From Eledone cirrhosa (taxonomy: Eukaryota), in the NCBI GenBank assembly GCA_964016885.1, contig OZ024743.1:254262001-254326000 (forward strand): a DNA stretch of 64,000 nucleotides, in the 5' to 3' direction. Shown one piece after another: positions 43,685-58,060 of the stretch; the first letter of the stretch is position 1; each line of letters opens with the position of its first letter. The notes beneath the pieces are model-generated. The model searched no databases. It had not been told where the DNA came from and was given only the letters and a program-made list of their open reading frames with translations. Both the position numbers and the translations under genes were made by a program.

Positions 43685-44339
43685 ATATATTTATTGATAA
43701 TAACAACAATTCAAAATTTCAGGTCCGTTTGGGAACAAAATTGACCAATGAAAATACAAAAGGTTTAATGCAGTTCGGTGTGTGTATATACATGTAACTA
43801 CCCTTACATATATTTTACAAAATGTATGCACAACTTGTATACGCATACCAAAAGGATGGATGCAAATACAAAATTTCAAGGTTAATGTCTCTGTAAGTTT
43901 ATAATGCACAGATAAGATGCGTATAGACACATAAATATGAAATAAGTGTATACACATAATCTCATACTCATACATATCCGTACAATCACACACACACGCG
44001 CGTATATGCATAAACATACACATAACTACGAACATACAAACACACACACACCCCCACTCACATATATATATGTGGATATAAAATCCTAAGCACATGGATA
44101 TTAATTCACTCACATAAACACTGGCACACACATTTAGATCAAGATACAGAAATTAGGTGGGAGGGGGGAGAGGTCAGTATTCAACGGTTTGGGCAGACTG
44201 CTTAATATAGATGTATCTATAAACTAAGAAAATAAAAAATAATAAATAATAAATAAACATTAAAAAGGAAAGAAAAGAAAAAGAAAAAAGAAAAAAGAAA
44301 TATATCAAGAAAATATACATATATATATATATATATATA

Positions 44340-44430
44340 TAATATATTTAGAAACACACAGATACATGCGGACACACACATATATATATATGTGTGTGTC
44401 CGCATGTATCTGTGTGTTTCTAAATATATT
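44340..44430. repeat. Perfect ~90-bp palindrome centred on (TA)n
   Basis: AATATATTTAGAAACACACAGATACATGCGGACACACAC ... exact reverse complement. Confidence 0.85.
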
Positions 44431-44692
44431 AATAGCTCCCTCTGGTCGAGCAATCTTTGAGGTGTGGGGACAACTGGAAAGCTTCCATTACTCATACTTC
44501 TCGCCTTCTTCACTACCTCTTCTACGGCCTCGATATGAATACCCCCTCCGCCTCCGTGGTATTTTCTTCGTGGTTATAAGAGGCTTAGCTCTGTTTCTCG
44601 ACCGTTATATCGCGTGACTATCTCCCCCTCCGCCTTTTGGGATTCTTTCTCACGTCGTGTAGACGCGTTCTTGAGACTAGTAAAATGAGGTA

Positions 44693-44780
44693 TCCTCTTG
44701 ATAAGTTGGCAGACCTCGCAAGGACTCTATATCTTTGATATATTGTTTTTGTTTATGCCACGAAACTACGTAGTCGAGGA
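44693..44780 (+). ncRNA. Decayed hammerhead motif in a nested insertion
   Basis: TCCTC-TTGATAA-[TGGCA..TGCCA]-GAAACTACGTAGTC-GAGGA; two core substitutions. Confidence 0.55.
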
Positions 44781-44845
44781 ATTTAGGAGCAGTTTAGGTA
44801 TGATACATTTTATTACTAATTATATCTAAATGTTTCTTCTCTCTT

Positions 44846-44882
<37 letters not shown>

Positions 44883-45029
44883 CACACATATACACACATA
44901 TATATACATACAACATATACAAAAACATACATACATATACACACATCCACACTTAGAACATACATACACACACATAAATAAACATATACATATACACACA
45001 TACATACATATACACACATACATATAAAT

Positions 45030-45098
<69 letters not shown>

Positions 45099-45385
45099 CA
45101 CACATACATACACATATAATCACACATACTATATAGACACACATATATATACACACATACACGCACATATCCATACACTTACATACTTATATACATACAG
45201 ATATACACATACATACCTATATATACACACAAATACATACAGACATACATACATACATACAGACAAATACTTACGCATCTATATATCGGTATATACATAC
45301 AAACACCACTACACTCTCACACAACACAGACATACAAAGAAAAAGGTATATACCTATACACATATACATATACAAATAGAGAAAC

Positions 45386-45458
<73 letters not shown>

Positions 45459-45662
45459 CATACACATATACACACATACACATACATACACATACATACA
45501 TGTACACACACATAGATATATATACACATACACACATACACACATACATATATAGTCATACATACACATACACCTACACGAACATACACATACACATATA
45601 TAAAGATATATATACACACACACACACACACATACACACACACACATATATATAAAAAATAA

Positions 45663-45739
<77 letters not shown>

Positions 45740-46070
45740 CATATACATACACACATACATAGACATATATGTACATACATACACATACATAGATACATAC
45801 ACACACATACATACATATATATATACACACATAGACATATACATACATACACACACAACATACATACACACATATATACTCATACATAGAATTAGATATA
45901 TAATCATACATACATACGCACTTACATATACTCATATATACAAATACATACGCATCCATATATGCGTATATACATAGAAACAGCACTACACCCTCACCCA
46001 ACTCAGACATACAAAGAAAAAGGCATATACATATACATATATACACGCATTAATAGAGATATATATACAC

Positions 46071-46101
<31 letters not shown>

Positions 46102-46334
46102 CACTTATATATATATACCCACACACACATACAACCATAAATACACATACAAACACCCACATATACATATATATACACATATATATATATATGCACACAC
46201 ATAAAAAACAGACATGCAGATATATATTTTTTTTAACACATATATTTACACACATATATATACACATACACACCCTCACATATACACACATACACATAAG
46301 TTATATTATAATAATAAATAATATATATATATAC

Positions 46335-46381
<47 letters not shown>

Positions 46382-46630
46382 CGAATATAGACATATATAT
46401 ACACATAGATATATATACATATATATACACATACATATACACACACACATATACACACTCACATATATATGTGTGTGCACACACACATATATACACATAC
46501 ACACATATATACATAAACACATATATGTGTATACATGCACACACACACATATATCCACATAGATACGAAGATAGACATATAAATAGAGAGACATACATAT
46601 ATATACACGCACACATATACATACATACAT

Positions 46631-46684
<54 letters not shown>

Positions 46685-48508
46685 ACACAAACACATACAC
46701 ATATATATACACACATGCATATATACACATATACACATACATACCCACATATATATAGACACACAAACTTACATTCTTATTTGCATGCGCATATATGTAT
46801 TTTTATATTCAGATATAAATACCCAAACATATATACACCTACCTACATATATATTCATACATACACGCTTACAAACACAGATGATAATAGTATGGGGGAA
46901 AGGGGGGGGGGTTGGAGAAGGGGATTATAGTAAATATATGTTTCAAGAAACATAGAATATTATCCGTATCTGGATCCAATGTATGCTTTTTTACATAGTT
47001 TCAGTGTTAGGAAATACAATAAACAAGAAATAAGGCAAAATTTATGCATTTCAAAATAAATAAGTATACCATTAATTATATGTTAACTAAACTAAAGATA
47101 GTTAACATATTGATTTCTAAGGTGTAAATTAGTTAGGTTTATAATATTTGAAGCAGAATTTTTAAGTTAAATAGTAATAGAGTATTAATTATAGTATAAC
47201 TAAATTAAAGTTAATAACGTTATGGTATCAATATTAGGAAATGAATTTAGTAATAGGGAAAAAACAAATAAAGTATTACATCGGTAGTAGAATATAAATT
47301 ATAGGTTAACTAAATTAAAAATTATATATTTATTTCTATAGTATATGTTAATTAGGTATATAATAAATAAAACAGATATTGTATTTTATCAATAGCAGAA
47401 TATAATTATATGCAAATAGAAATCAAAATTAATACATATACATATACATATACATACACATATATATATACATATATATACATATATATATACACATATA
47501 TACACATATACACACACACACACATACACATACACATATACATATACATATTTTTTCAAAAATTGCAAAGAATATATTAACTAGGTATATATCCAAAACA
47601 CATCCCATTCTATGATTACATGACATTCTGCAATTCGTCTGTATAAGGATACTAATTTTAAGCCAATTAAATTAAATTTTTAGGTTGACTAAAATTAAAA
47701 CCAAATTATAAATATATTTCTAAAATGTATATTAATTAGGTCCATAATACTAAAATTTATTTCTCTGTCATTGGATACACGATATTTTGTTATATTTTAT
47801 CTGTAAAAGAATTATAATAAAAGGTTTAAATAAATTAAAATTAATCTATAAATTAAATTACTAAGTATATATTAGTAATATTTAAAGGTTTTTTCACAAT
47901 TTATGATTACATAATATTTTATATTCTCATCTGTAATAGAATTTTAATTAAATTAAATTTATAGGTTAACTAACATTTAAATTAAATTAATTTCTAAAAT
48001 AATGTTATTAATTAGGTTTATAATATTTAAATGTTTTTTTTAGTTTATGATTACACGATATAATTAATTCCTGTCGTTTATTTAATAGGATATCCTTAGA
48101 TTTCATTATTTCAAATAGTTCTTGGGAACATAATCTACATTCATTTCTATTATTTTGATAAGGGGTGGCTCTTTTGAGCACACTCCAGGTCAAATCATAT
48201 TCTATATTCTTATTTTTATAACTATTGATTTTTTCTGCTAGAGATGTTGTATTAGCCAGTGCGGCATTTTTAAATGTATGTCTGTGTTGTGTGAGAGTGT
48301 AGTGGTGTTTGTATGTATATACCGATATATAGATGCGTAAGTATTTGTCTGTATGTATGTATGTATGTCTGTATGTATTTGTGTGTATATATAGGTATGT
48401 ATGTGTATATCTGTATGTATATAAGTATGTAAGTGTATGGATATGTGCGTGTATGTGTGTATATATATGTGTGTCTATATAGTATGTGTGATTATATGTG
48501 TATGTATG

Positions 48509-48589
<81 letters not shown>

Positions 48590-48736
48590 ATTTATATGTA
48601 TGTGTGTATATGTATGTATGTGTGTATATGTATATGTTTATTTATGTGTGTGTATGTATGTTCTAAGTGTGGATGTGTGTATATGTATGTATGTGTTTGT
48701 ATATGTTGTATGTATATATATGTGTGTATATGTGTG

Positions 48737-48774
<38 letters not shown>

Positions 48775-48907
48775 TAAACAAATAATGAATAAACAATTCC
48801 TTATATTAAACAAAAAAAGTTCATTATTTAACGATCGTTTCTAGGATATATATGTGTTATAATTGGTATGCATATTCAATGAAAAAAGAAAAAAGAAATA
48901 TATCAAG

Positions 48908-48953
<46 letters not shown>

Positions 48954-49578
48954 CTTGATATATTTCTTTTTTCTTTTTTCTTTTTCTTTTCTTTCCTTTT
49001 TAATGTTTATTTATTATTTATTATTTTTTATTTTCTTAGTTTATAGATACATCTATATTAAGCAGTCTGCCCAAACCGTTGAATACTGACCTCTCCCCCC
49101 TCCCACCTAATTTCTGTATCTTGATCTAAATGTGTGTGCCAGTGTTTATGTGAGTGAATTAATATCCATGTGCTTAGGATTTTATATCCACATATATATA
49201 TGTGAGTGGGGGTGTGTGTGTGTTTGTATGTTCGTAGTTATGTGTATGTTTATGCATATACGCGCGTGTGTGTGTGATTGTACGGATATGTATGAGTATG
49301 AGATTATGTGTATATACTTATTTCATATTTATGTGTCTATACGCATCTTATCTGTGCATTATAAACTTACAGAGACATTAACCTTGAAATTTTGTATTTG
49401 CATCCATCCTTTTGGTATGCGTATACAAGTTGTGCATACATTTTGTAAAATATATGTAAGGGTAGTTACATGTATATACACACACCGAACTGCATTAAAC
49501 CTTTTGTATTTTCATTGGTCAATTTTGTTCCCAAACGGACCTGAAATTTTGAATTGTTGTTATTATCAATAAATATAT

Positions 49579-49732
49579 TTCATTATTTCTGAAGACGGCG
49601 TATATATGTGTTGGTATGTATGTTTAATCTTGATAGTTTGTATAATTTTGTATAATTTTGTACATAGATCTGTTTAATATGCATGCCAATTCTAACACAT
49701 ATATATCCTAGAAACGATCGTTAAATAATGAA
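49579..49732 (+). ncRNA. Type I hammerhead ribozyme with ~115-nt stem II insertion
   Basis: 10-bp stem I TTCATTATTT/AAATAATGAA, CTGAAGA 49589-49595, GAAA 49711-49714, palindromic ACGATCGT, GUU triplet. Confidence 0.75.
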
Positions 49733-49928
49733 CTTTTTTTGTTTAATATAAGGAACTGTTTCATTGTTTATTCATTATTTGTTTAATATTTTATCTTGAC
49801 TCTGTATACCGTTTATCTTTCACCGAAAGTGATTTTTCATTACATGTCTTCTTTCCATGATATCCGGAATACATTGAGTTCTTCATACGGATTGGACACT
49901 ACCGTAAACTCTTGGTAGATTTATCTAC

Positions 49929-50043
<115 letters not shown>

Positions 50044-50091
50044 CATATACATATATATATATATATATATACATATATTTAGATATATACA

Positions 50092-50127
<36 letters not shown>

Positions 50128-50206
50128 CAAATATATTACACAAAGAGAAGTGTGTTACACAGTGAGATGTGTGTAAAGAATTATTACAAGTGAGTTTTAC
50201 CGTTAC

Positions 50207-50382
50207 TGGCAGTATCGGTAGAGGGTCGGACGCCATGCTTTCCAGCATAGTTACGTCCCTTTACGATCTGAGTTCAAATCCCGCCGAGGTTGACTTTGCC
50301 TTTCATCCTTACGGGGTCGATAAAATAAAGTACCAGTAATGCACTGGGTAATTGCTGGCCTTGTGCCTAAAGTAGAAACAAT
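50207..50382 (+). mobile_element. tRNA-derived SINE
   Basis: A-box-like TGGCAGTATCGG, B-box GAGTTCAAATCCC, body shared with 6049-6160 and 53862-54050. Confidence 0.85.
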
Positions 50383-50712
50383 ATCTACAGGTTTAGCAAT
50401 TAAATAGAAAAAAACTAAGTCAGAATCAAATCTCTGAATTAGAGTTTTAAATTACCAATCTTATAACTATAAGTTTGCTGATACGAATCTCGCTTTGTTT
50501 CACCACTGATATGTGCAGTATAACAGGCCACAGGATCCTCAGTCAGCAAATGTGGACACTGTTCACGACAGAAAATAACTGTATTGGATGTTTGTCTGGA
50601 TACAGTACGAGGCGAGTCTGTGGTGTCTGTGTGATACCAAAAACAGTAAAAGAAATCTTCCAGATATACCAGATTCTTCGTTGCACCGTTTCTGCATAGT
50701 ATATGAACAATT

Positions 50713-51100
50713 CTAGGTGCTCCCCCCTAGAATAGTGACCTCTAGGCGATGGTTCATCTTCTGCCGGACTGTAAAACGTGTATCATTGCATAGACGTGGT
50801 TGTTCCACGTTTCTCAAAAGAATGATGGAAGTTCCAATCTTTTATATTATATGAAGATATAGATATAGATGATTAGTATAAAAGATGATGCTCAGCCAGT
50901 TCGTCTTCAACCATCGCAGCACGCCGTCACTGCTTGGCTCCAGTGTTTCGTTGGCGTTGTTCAGCCAGCTCCTCTTCATTCGTGGCGGCACGTCTTCGCC
51001 TCTTAAGTTCGGCGTTCCGATGGCGCTGTTTGGCCCGTTTTTCTTCATTCCTGGCTGCACGCCGTCGCCGCAGTAGTTCACTGTTTGATAAAGTCGAATT
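50713..51100 (-). mobile_element. Internally deleted Helitron remnant
   Basis: 50841-50713 reads KIGTSIILLRNVEQPRLCNDTRFTVRQKMNHRLEVTILGG, matching the Pif1-like helicase LLRN...LCNGTR motif; upstream RRRAA.NEE..A.QR.RN repeats resemble RepHel N-termini. Confidence 0.7.
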
Positions 51101-51396
51101 GCTTTTAGATTCTGTGGGACGCTGCACGCACGCACACACACATAAACATACGCGCACGTACATACACACGCACACATGGTAATAGTTACAGCGTTCACTT
51201 TGCCTCTCTGTTTCTTCCTCTCCCCTCTCACTCGCTCATTGGCATTATGCATATTAATTTAAGTTTGGCGTCTTTGAGGTGGGCGGAGTGGTTTGAAACC
51301 TATGAACCAATGATAATCGAGAATTATAACACACGGAATACTGACATTGTTAAAATTAATATATAGATATATATATATATATATACATACACACAC

Positions 51397-51429
<33 letters not shown>

Positions 51430-51540
51430 TATATACATACACACACACACATGTATATATACACACACACACACATATATATGTATACACACGCACACAT
51501 ATATGTATACACACATATATATATATACACACACACACAC

Positions 51541-51573
<33 letters not shown>

Positions 51574-51586
51574 TATATATTTACAT

Positions 51587-51627
<41 letters not shown>

Positions 51628-51753
51628 GAAGTGGTTACACAACAGTTAGCTCACCATATATATATACACATATATATATATACACACATATATATAGATA
51701 TTTACACACACACACATATATATATAGATACTCACACACACACACACACACAC

Positions 51754-51821
<68 letters not shown>

Positions 51822-52095
51822 TATATATATATATATTCGTCTCTTCCTATCTTTCCGTTGCAATACCATCTTTGTTTGTTTACATGTCTGGCTCGCTTCA
51901 CGCTAATTTACTTGTCCCGATAACTTTATTTAGTTATTGCTCGCACCAACCAGAGGTATATGATTTTTAAAGCGATAAAATACCAATGAAGGTTGGAAGA
52001 TCACTGATGAAGGACTAATTTTAATCATATGTGCAACCACGCAGCACTCCATTTTTCTTATATTTATATATATATATATGTATATACACACACAT

Positions 52096-52126
<31 letters not shown>

Positions 52127-52180
52127 ATATATGTCTATAACTATATATAATCTCTCTCTCTCTCTCACTCTCTCTCTCTC

Positions 52181-52262
<82 letters not shown>

Positions 52263-52543
52263 TATATATATTATATATATAATAAGAAATTACCACATAC
52301 GTTAAATTTGGACCAATAAATTAAAAGTAGATGCATTTCTATGAAATATTTACATGTGGAATTGTTGAATAAAAACATCTCTTTGATATTGCCTTCAGGC
52401 TCGCATTTTAATGAATTGAACTGCAAGCGGTGTATCCTCTTATTTAATATCTTTTGTGTATGTATGTAATTATGTGTATGTATATATACACATACATAAA
52501 TATCATCATCATTACTTTTATGTATGTATATGCATATATATAT

Positions 52544-52645
<102 letters not shown>

Positions 52646-53441
52646 CGCATGTGCGTGTATATATGTATGTATGTACATATATATACATATATACGTGTGT
52701 GTGCATGTGATTGCATTTGTGTGTGTGTGTATACATATATATATATACTCATAAAACTAATGTATTACTTGTTGTTGTTATTATGGTTGATATGGGTGTA
52801 GTGGTGCTCTTGGTGGTTGTTAATATTTTATGTTAGCTAATTAATAATAATAAATATAATGTGAATGATGATAATTGAAATCACTTAGAAAACTGCTCGT
52901 CTAAAAATGTGGTGATATATTATTATTGAGTAAAATCTTTGAAAATTAGTCTACAACACTTTCATCTCGTTATCTAAATATCTATCTAGCTGTCCATTTG
53001 TTGAAGTATCTATTGGTGTATGTATGCATATATGAATATATATATATATGTAAAAGGTAAACATAAATAACAACACAATCGGTACAGTATATGGAAGGAA
53101 TGTATTAGGTTAACGCTTGAAATAGTAGAAAGAGGGTCTTAACGTTTCGGAAGTCATCAGAAGAAAGAATGAGAAATAAGATAGATTGAAGGGATTGGAA
53201 TTGGAAAAAATGTCTTTAGATAAAAGGAACAAGTCCATTCATGTTGACATCTCTTGGAAAACTGTTGAAGTTGGTGTTTTGTGTAAGATTTATTTTTTTT
53301 TGAAAAGTGGATGATATTTGTATGTGAAATTCGTATATCTAAAGATATACGGTATGTTTAATAAATAAACATTTTGAAAGCCTCAGCTATGAATCAAAGA
53401 TTGATGGCAGCACCAAAATCCAGCAGTTGGAAGAAAGAAGC

Positions 53442-53485
53442 ATTGTCCTGATGAGATACATTTAAGTTTGAAAAGCATAGACAAT
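53442..53485 (+). ncRNA. Minimal type I hammerhead ribozyme in a ~290-bp fold-back mini-element (53318-53606)
   Basis: ATTGTC-CTGATGA-..-GAAAAGCATA-GACAAT; 6-bp stem I; stems II and III imperfect; flanks about 53318-53395 and 53538-53606 are inverted. Confidence 0.6.
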
Positions 53486-53770
53486 TATCCCCCTTGCTTC
53501 TGCTGGACTTCGCTTTACGGCACTGCTGTCAGTCTTCTATTCATAGCTGAGGTTTATTTATTAAACATACCATATATCTTTAGATATACGAAAAAATTCA
53601 TATACATATGTGTATACTGCTATGTTGAAGCTAAATTCTAATTATATATATATAATCAGTTCCCGTATGAGCAAGACAAGGTCTACCGACCGGACACTGC
53701 CCACAACAGGACAACCCATCTAACCCATGCTAGCGTGGAAGAACGGAGTAAAACGGTGACGATGATGATG

Positions 53771-53815
<45 letters not shown>

Positions 53816-53861
53816 ATAATAATAAATGTGAAGACAAAGAGGGCTCGATAAGGATAAATAT

Positions 53862-54050
53862 TGTTTCTACTTTTGGCACAAGGCCAGCAATTATCCCAGT
53901 GCCTTACTGGTACTTTATTTTATCGACCCCGTAAGGATGAAAGGCAAAGTTAACCTCGGCGGGATTTGAACTCAGAATGGCAAGGGCCGTAACTCTATGC
54001 GTCAAAGCATGGTGTCCGACCTTCTACCGTTACTGCCAATCCACCGCCCT
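53862..54050 (-). mobile_element. Full-length tRNA-derived SINE with 17-bp target-site duplication
   Basis: A and B boxes on minus; TCGATAAGGATAAATAT at 53845-53861 and 54057-54073. Confidence 0.88.
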
Positions 54051-54621
54051 ATAAATTCGATAAGGATAAATATATATCAAATATATAAGAACCCTAGAGC
54101 AAATATATATTAAAATAACAGATTAAAGTGTAAGCAAAGTATCGCTGCTTTCACCCTTAACTTTTGAAATTAAAAAAATCAAACTGTCAACGCAGAAGTA
54201 AATATTTCGAAAAACGTTGCAAATGTTATTTGTAGAAATATTCAGGTGTTGTTTGTGCATGATGTATATAAGTCAATAGAGTGCTCACCCGAGGGAGCCA
54301 AATAAATATTTGCTCTAGGGTTCTTATATATTTTATATATATTTATCTTTATCGAACCCTCTTTGGATGTTAGTCGTCACATTTATTATTATTACTATTT
54401 GGCTCCGTCGGTTGAGCACTATATCGACTTATATTCATCATGCAGAAACAACACCAGAATATTTGTACAAAGAACATTTGCCATGTTTTTCGAAATATTT
54501 ACTTCTGCGTTCACAGATTGATTTTTTTAGTTTCAGAAGATCCCGTTAAGGGTGAAAGCAGCGATTCTTTGCTTAAAATTTAATCTGTTATTTTAATAAA
54601 TAATTTATATATATATATATA

Positions 54622-55888
54622 CAAGGTAGTATCAAAAAGTTCCCGGACTATTTATGTTTTTAAAAAAGAGAATATATTTACCTAAGTTTTAACATCATCT
54701 CCTTCAAAATAGTCACCCTGTACAGCAGTACACCAGTCCCAGCATTCCTGTCACATTTAAAATCTGGCCTGGAAGTTGTTTTCTGTAAGCAGCTCACACT
54801 GGATCTCGGCAACGGTGAAACCGCAACCTTTGAGCTGCATTCTTAGCATTGAAGAAGAGATAGAAGTCTGCAGGTGCTAAATCTGGCGAATGAGGTAGGT
54901 GTAGAAGTGATAAAATGTTGTATTTGGTGAGAAACCCACGAGTGAGGAGAGCTCGATGACAGGGTGCATAGTTGTCATAAAAAATCAAATTCTTCGCACT
55001 CCACAGATTTAGTCGCTTTCACCGAATGTCCTCCATCAAACACCTCGAAACTTTGCTGTAAAACTGTTGATTGATGGTCTGGCTCTGGGGGACAAGTTCT
55101 TCATGCACAATACCATGGATGTTGAGAAAAAGGATGAGCATGTTCTTGATGCAGTTGTGGCTCTATCATGCCTTTTTTAGTCTTGGAGATGAAGAGCTTT
55201 CTACTGTGTCGACTGCTGCTGCATCTCAAGGTCTTACTTGAAGACCCAACTCTCGTCACTGTAGATAATCCTTGACATGAAGGGTGGGTCATCAGCAGCA
55301 CGCCGATGGAGATGATCCTGTCAAACTTCAATGCGATGTTCTCTCTGTTCAGTGGTCAGCAGGTGAGGGACAAACTTGGCAGCAACACACTGCATGTTCA
55401 ATTCAGACCAGCATCAGCAATATTGTTGATTATCCTATGATGATCCTCATGCACAAGCTGATTAATTTTATCCACATTTTCGGTGGTGATGCTCGAGGCA
55501 GGCTTTTCAGATCGCTCGTCATCTTCCAGTGATTTTCTTCCACTTTTGAAGCACCCGTGCCTCTCGAAACATTGTGTACGACCGATTGCCTCATCACGAT
55601 AAGCTTGCCAAAGATGCTCAATGACTCTGTATCAGACTTCCCAAGTTGAATTCAAAATTTCATGCTAGCTTTTTTATCTAACTTCCTGTTCATGACAAAA
55701 TTGCAGGCTACAGCATACACGTGATCACAAATACACACATTTTACAACTTGCGTTGTGACCACAGTGATGCTGCTCAGCACACTTTCACATGAAGGTCAC
55801 TGCTAGCTCTCACGTGTACAAAGCCATGTGTTGCCATCTGTTTGTGTGCTACAGAACTAGTCTTTAAACTGTTTGAGATCACTTTTTT
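54622..55888 (-). mobile_element. Decayed mariner DNA transposon (~1.27 kb)
   Basis: SDESWV, YDNYAPCH and PHSPDLAPADFYLF motifs in broken frames; TA-flanked terminus CAAGGTAGTATCAAAAAGTTCCCGGACTA with a degenerate counterpart near 55858-55888. Confidence 0.85.
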
Positions 55889-57239
55889 ATATGTATTTAT
55901 ATGTATCTCTTGAAATTAAATGGAATTTACATCTGACACCTATGCAGATTTAACTGATTTCCTTCCTGATTACATTTTGTAGGAAGCTTCTAGAGAGTTT
56001 TGATAATAGTGAGTCTAGTTCTATCATGAAAAGCAATATGTTCTAAAACAAGAGAGGCTGCCTGCACCAGGAATCAAACCAGCGACTATATGATCATGAA
56101 TCTAACACACTAAGTCTTAACCTTTTCCTCACCAAATTTCAAATAACATACTTTGTATATGTGTAACAGTTCATTTTCTAAATAATCAGAAATTAGCAGT
56201 TATTCAATAAAATAAGTTTTTCATTAGTAAGCTGATATTTGAAACACCATTTAACAAATATTTTACAGTGAAATTATGATGGACGGCTTTCAAATAAATT
56301 TAATCAATTTAAAATAAGAAGTTCTGTATCATAAAACCAGGGCAGTTTTAATCAGGCTGGTAGAAAAAGTATTGTTGCCACTTCAAATTGGGATAAATTC
56401 TGACCATTGTCCAACCCATGCTTGCATGGAAAAATGGATGTAAAACCCATGATGAGGATGATGACATAAAATGATTAATATCAGAAGATAGAAATATATT
56501 AGATTAAATGGTACCTAACATTCAATGCAGATGACCTTTCACAACCCTTGAGGGTCATTCAAGATCAATCATTAGAAAAATTGTGGAACTAATATCGCTC
56601 CACTTATGCAGACTTACATCTAAACTGCACTCTATGAAAAGCAAAATGAAAATACATAAAACAATAAATAAATACATAAGGTGTTTCACAATGGAATAAT
56701 GTATTCTTAATGTAATTGCTCTCATAGAGTGAGGAACTGAAACGAAGGTGTGTGGCATATCTGTGATTGCATATTGGGTGATGTATGGACAACATATGGA
56801 ATGTGAGATGTAGCAAATATTCCATTCACACAGTTGCCTTCAATCGTAAAATATACATGATTTATGTAAACCTTAATCTGATGTAAAAATTCTGTCACCA
56901 TAGATTCCAATCCCCAATCCCTCCTCAACCAAACCCCATCACTAAACGGCACTGTACTGATGTTAGGTGTCAATGATGGAAGCAAAATCAATATCTCAGA
57001 AAATTTATTCCTTGCACTAATTTATTTAATTTATTACATGATCGATCATAACATTTTGATTTTTACTTGAGTCAGAAATATCATAACAGCCACTCAGTTT
57101 CGTTGGCTACATAAAAAGTCTCCTATATTTTTTAAAACGATGATGAAATGGAGAATTAACACATTCATACACTTCCTAGATCATGGATTTTACTGATTCA
57201 ACAACTCGTTATTTAAGGTGATTGGTAAGGCATAACTTT

Positions 57240-57520
57240 CATTCCATCCATATAGCCATCATCCCATCCATTCAGCCATCTATCTGCCCATCCATCCACC
57301 AATCCATTCATCCAGGCAAAAATCCATTTTTCCATCCATCAAGTCACCTGCCCATCAATCCATTCATTCATCCATCTCTTCATCCACCAGTCCATACATC
57401 TCTCCCTCCATACATCTATCCATCTATCAAGCCATTTGCTTATCATTCTATTCATCCATCCACCAGACCATCATGGTCATCCATCTATCCATTGAGTCAC
57501 GCATCCAATCATCTATCCAA
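57240..57520. repeat. Degenerate (CATC)n microsatellite
   Basis: Direct inspection. Confidence 0.85.
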
Positions 57521-57849
57521 AGTTAACTTCAGCAGGGTTTGAGCCCAGATCTTAATGCAGAAAACTGGTGAAAATACTACAAGGCATTTGTTACTAAATT
57601 CTGATGGTTCTGCCAAATTTACCGTCCGTACAGAGGATGTCTGTGTGTTAATTTGCATTCATGAGAACCACTCCCCCCATCTAGAGCTTGCAATGGTTAT
57701 CATTCTATTATTTGTGAGAATGTAGTCAGAGAAAACAAAAAGTGAAAGTAGAAGAAGTGTGGTTGGACTATAGAATGATGAAAATAATATGAAGCCAGGA
57801 GTAATTGTAGATACATCTTGTATCTCATGCAGGAATTATGTCTTTGGAT

Positions 57850-58060
57850 ATAAGGCCACAGTATTAAATGGAGAATCATAAGATTAGGATATTTATGGCT
57901 TTGTCAATGTTATTCATTATCCCCATAGCTGCTGTGAACTCCAGTGAATACACTCTCATACTGGCCAGCATGTCCATTGAATTCGCCTGCCAGGATGATG
58001 AGGTCTCTTTCATCAGTAACTGAGGTTGTCTGTAAAAGTTCCTCATAGAATCAGTCCTGT
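57850..58060 (-). pseudogene. Degraded RTE-type APE endonuclease fragment
   Basis: FYEELLQTTSVTDERDLIILAGEFNGHAGQYESVFTGVHSSYG matches the GDFNGHVG region. Confidence 0.6.

Larger units (their letters stand above)
43472..49925 (-). mobile_element. 5'-truncated Penelope-like element with very long low-complexity 3' region and ~1.5-kb inverted 5' arm
   Basis: GIY-YIG C-terminus at 48008-48290 (QHRHTFKNAALANTTSL..TWSVLKRATPY..CRLCSQE..LLNKRQELIISCNH); 43472-44316 is inverted at 48947-49793 and 44850-45336 at 48275-48765. Confidence 0.85.

Noticed and set aside
43691-44131. Duplicated 146-aa ORFs (also 49132-49572) suggesting a conserved gene
   Set aside because: They are the two arms of a PLE inverted repeat in TG-rich sequence.
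50842-51252. 136-aa ORF resembling a membrane-protein first exon (LRWLKTNWLSIIF)
   Set aside because: Alternative frames give Helitron-like repeats and a helicase motif; no convincing splice sites.
56722-56991. 89-aa ORF in unique-looking sequence as a host exon
   Set aside because: No recognisable domain or clear splice signals; cannot be supported without a homology search.
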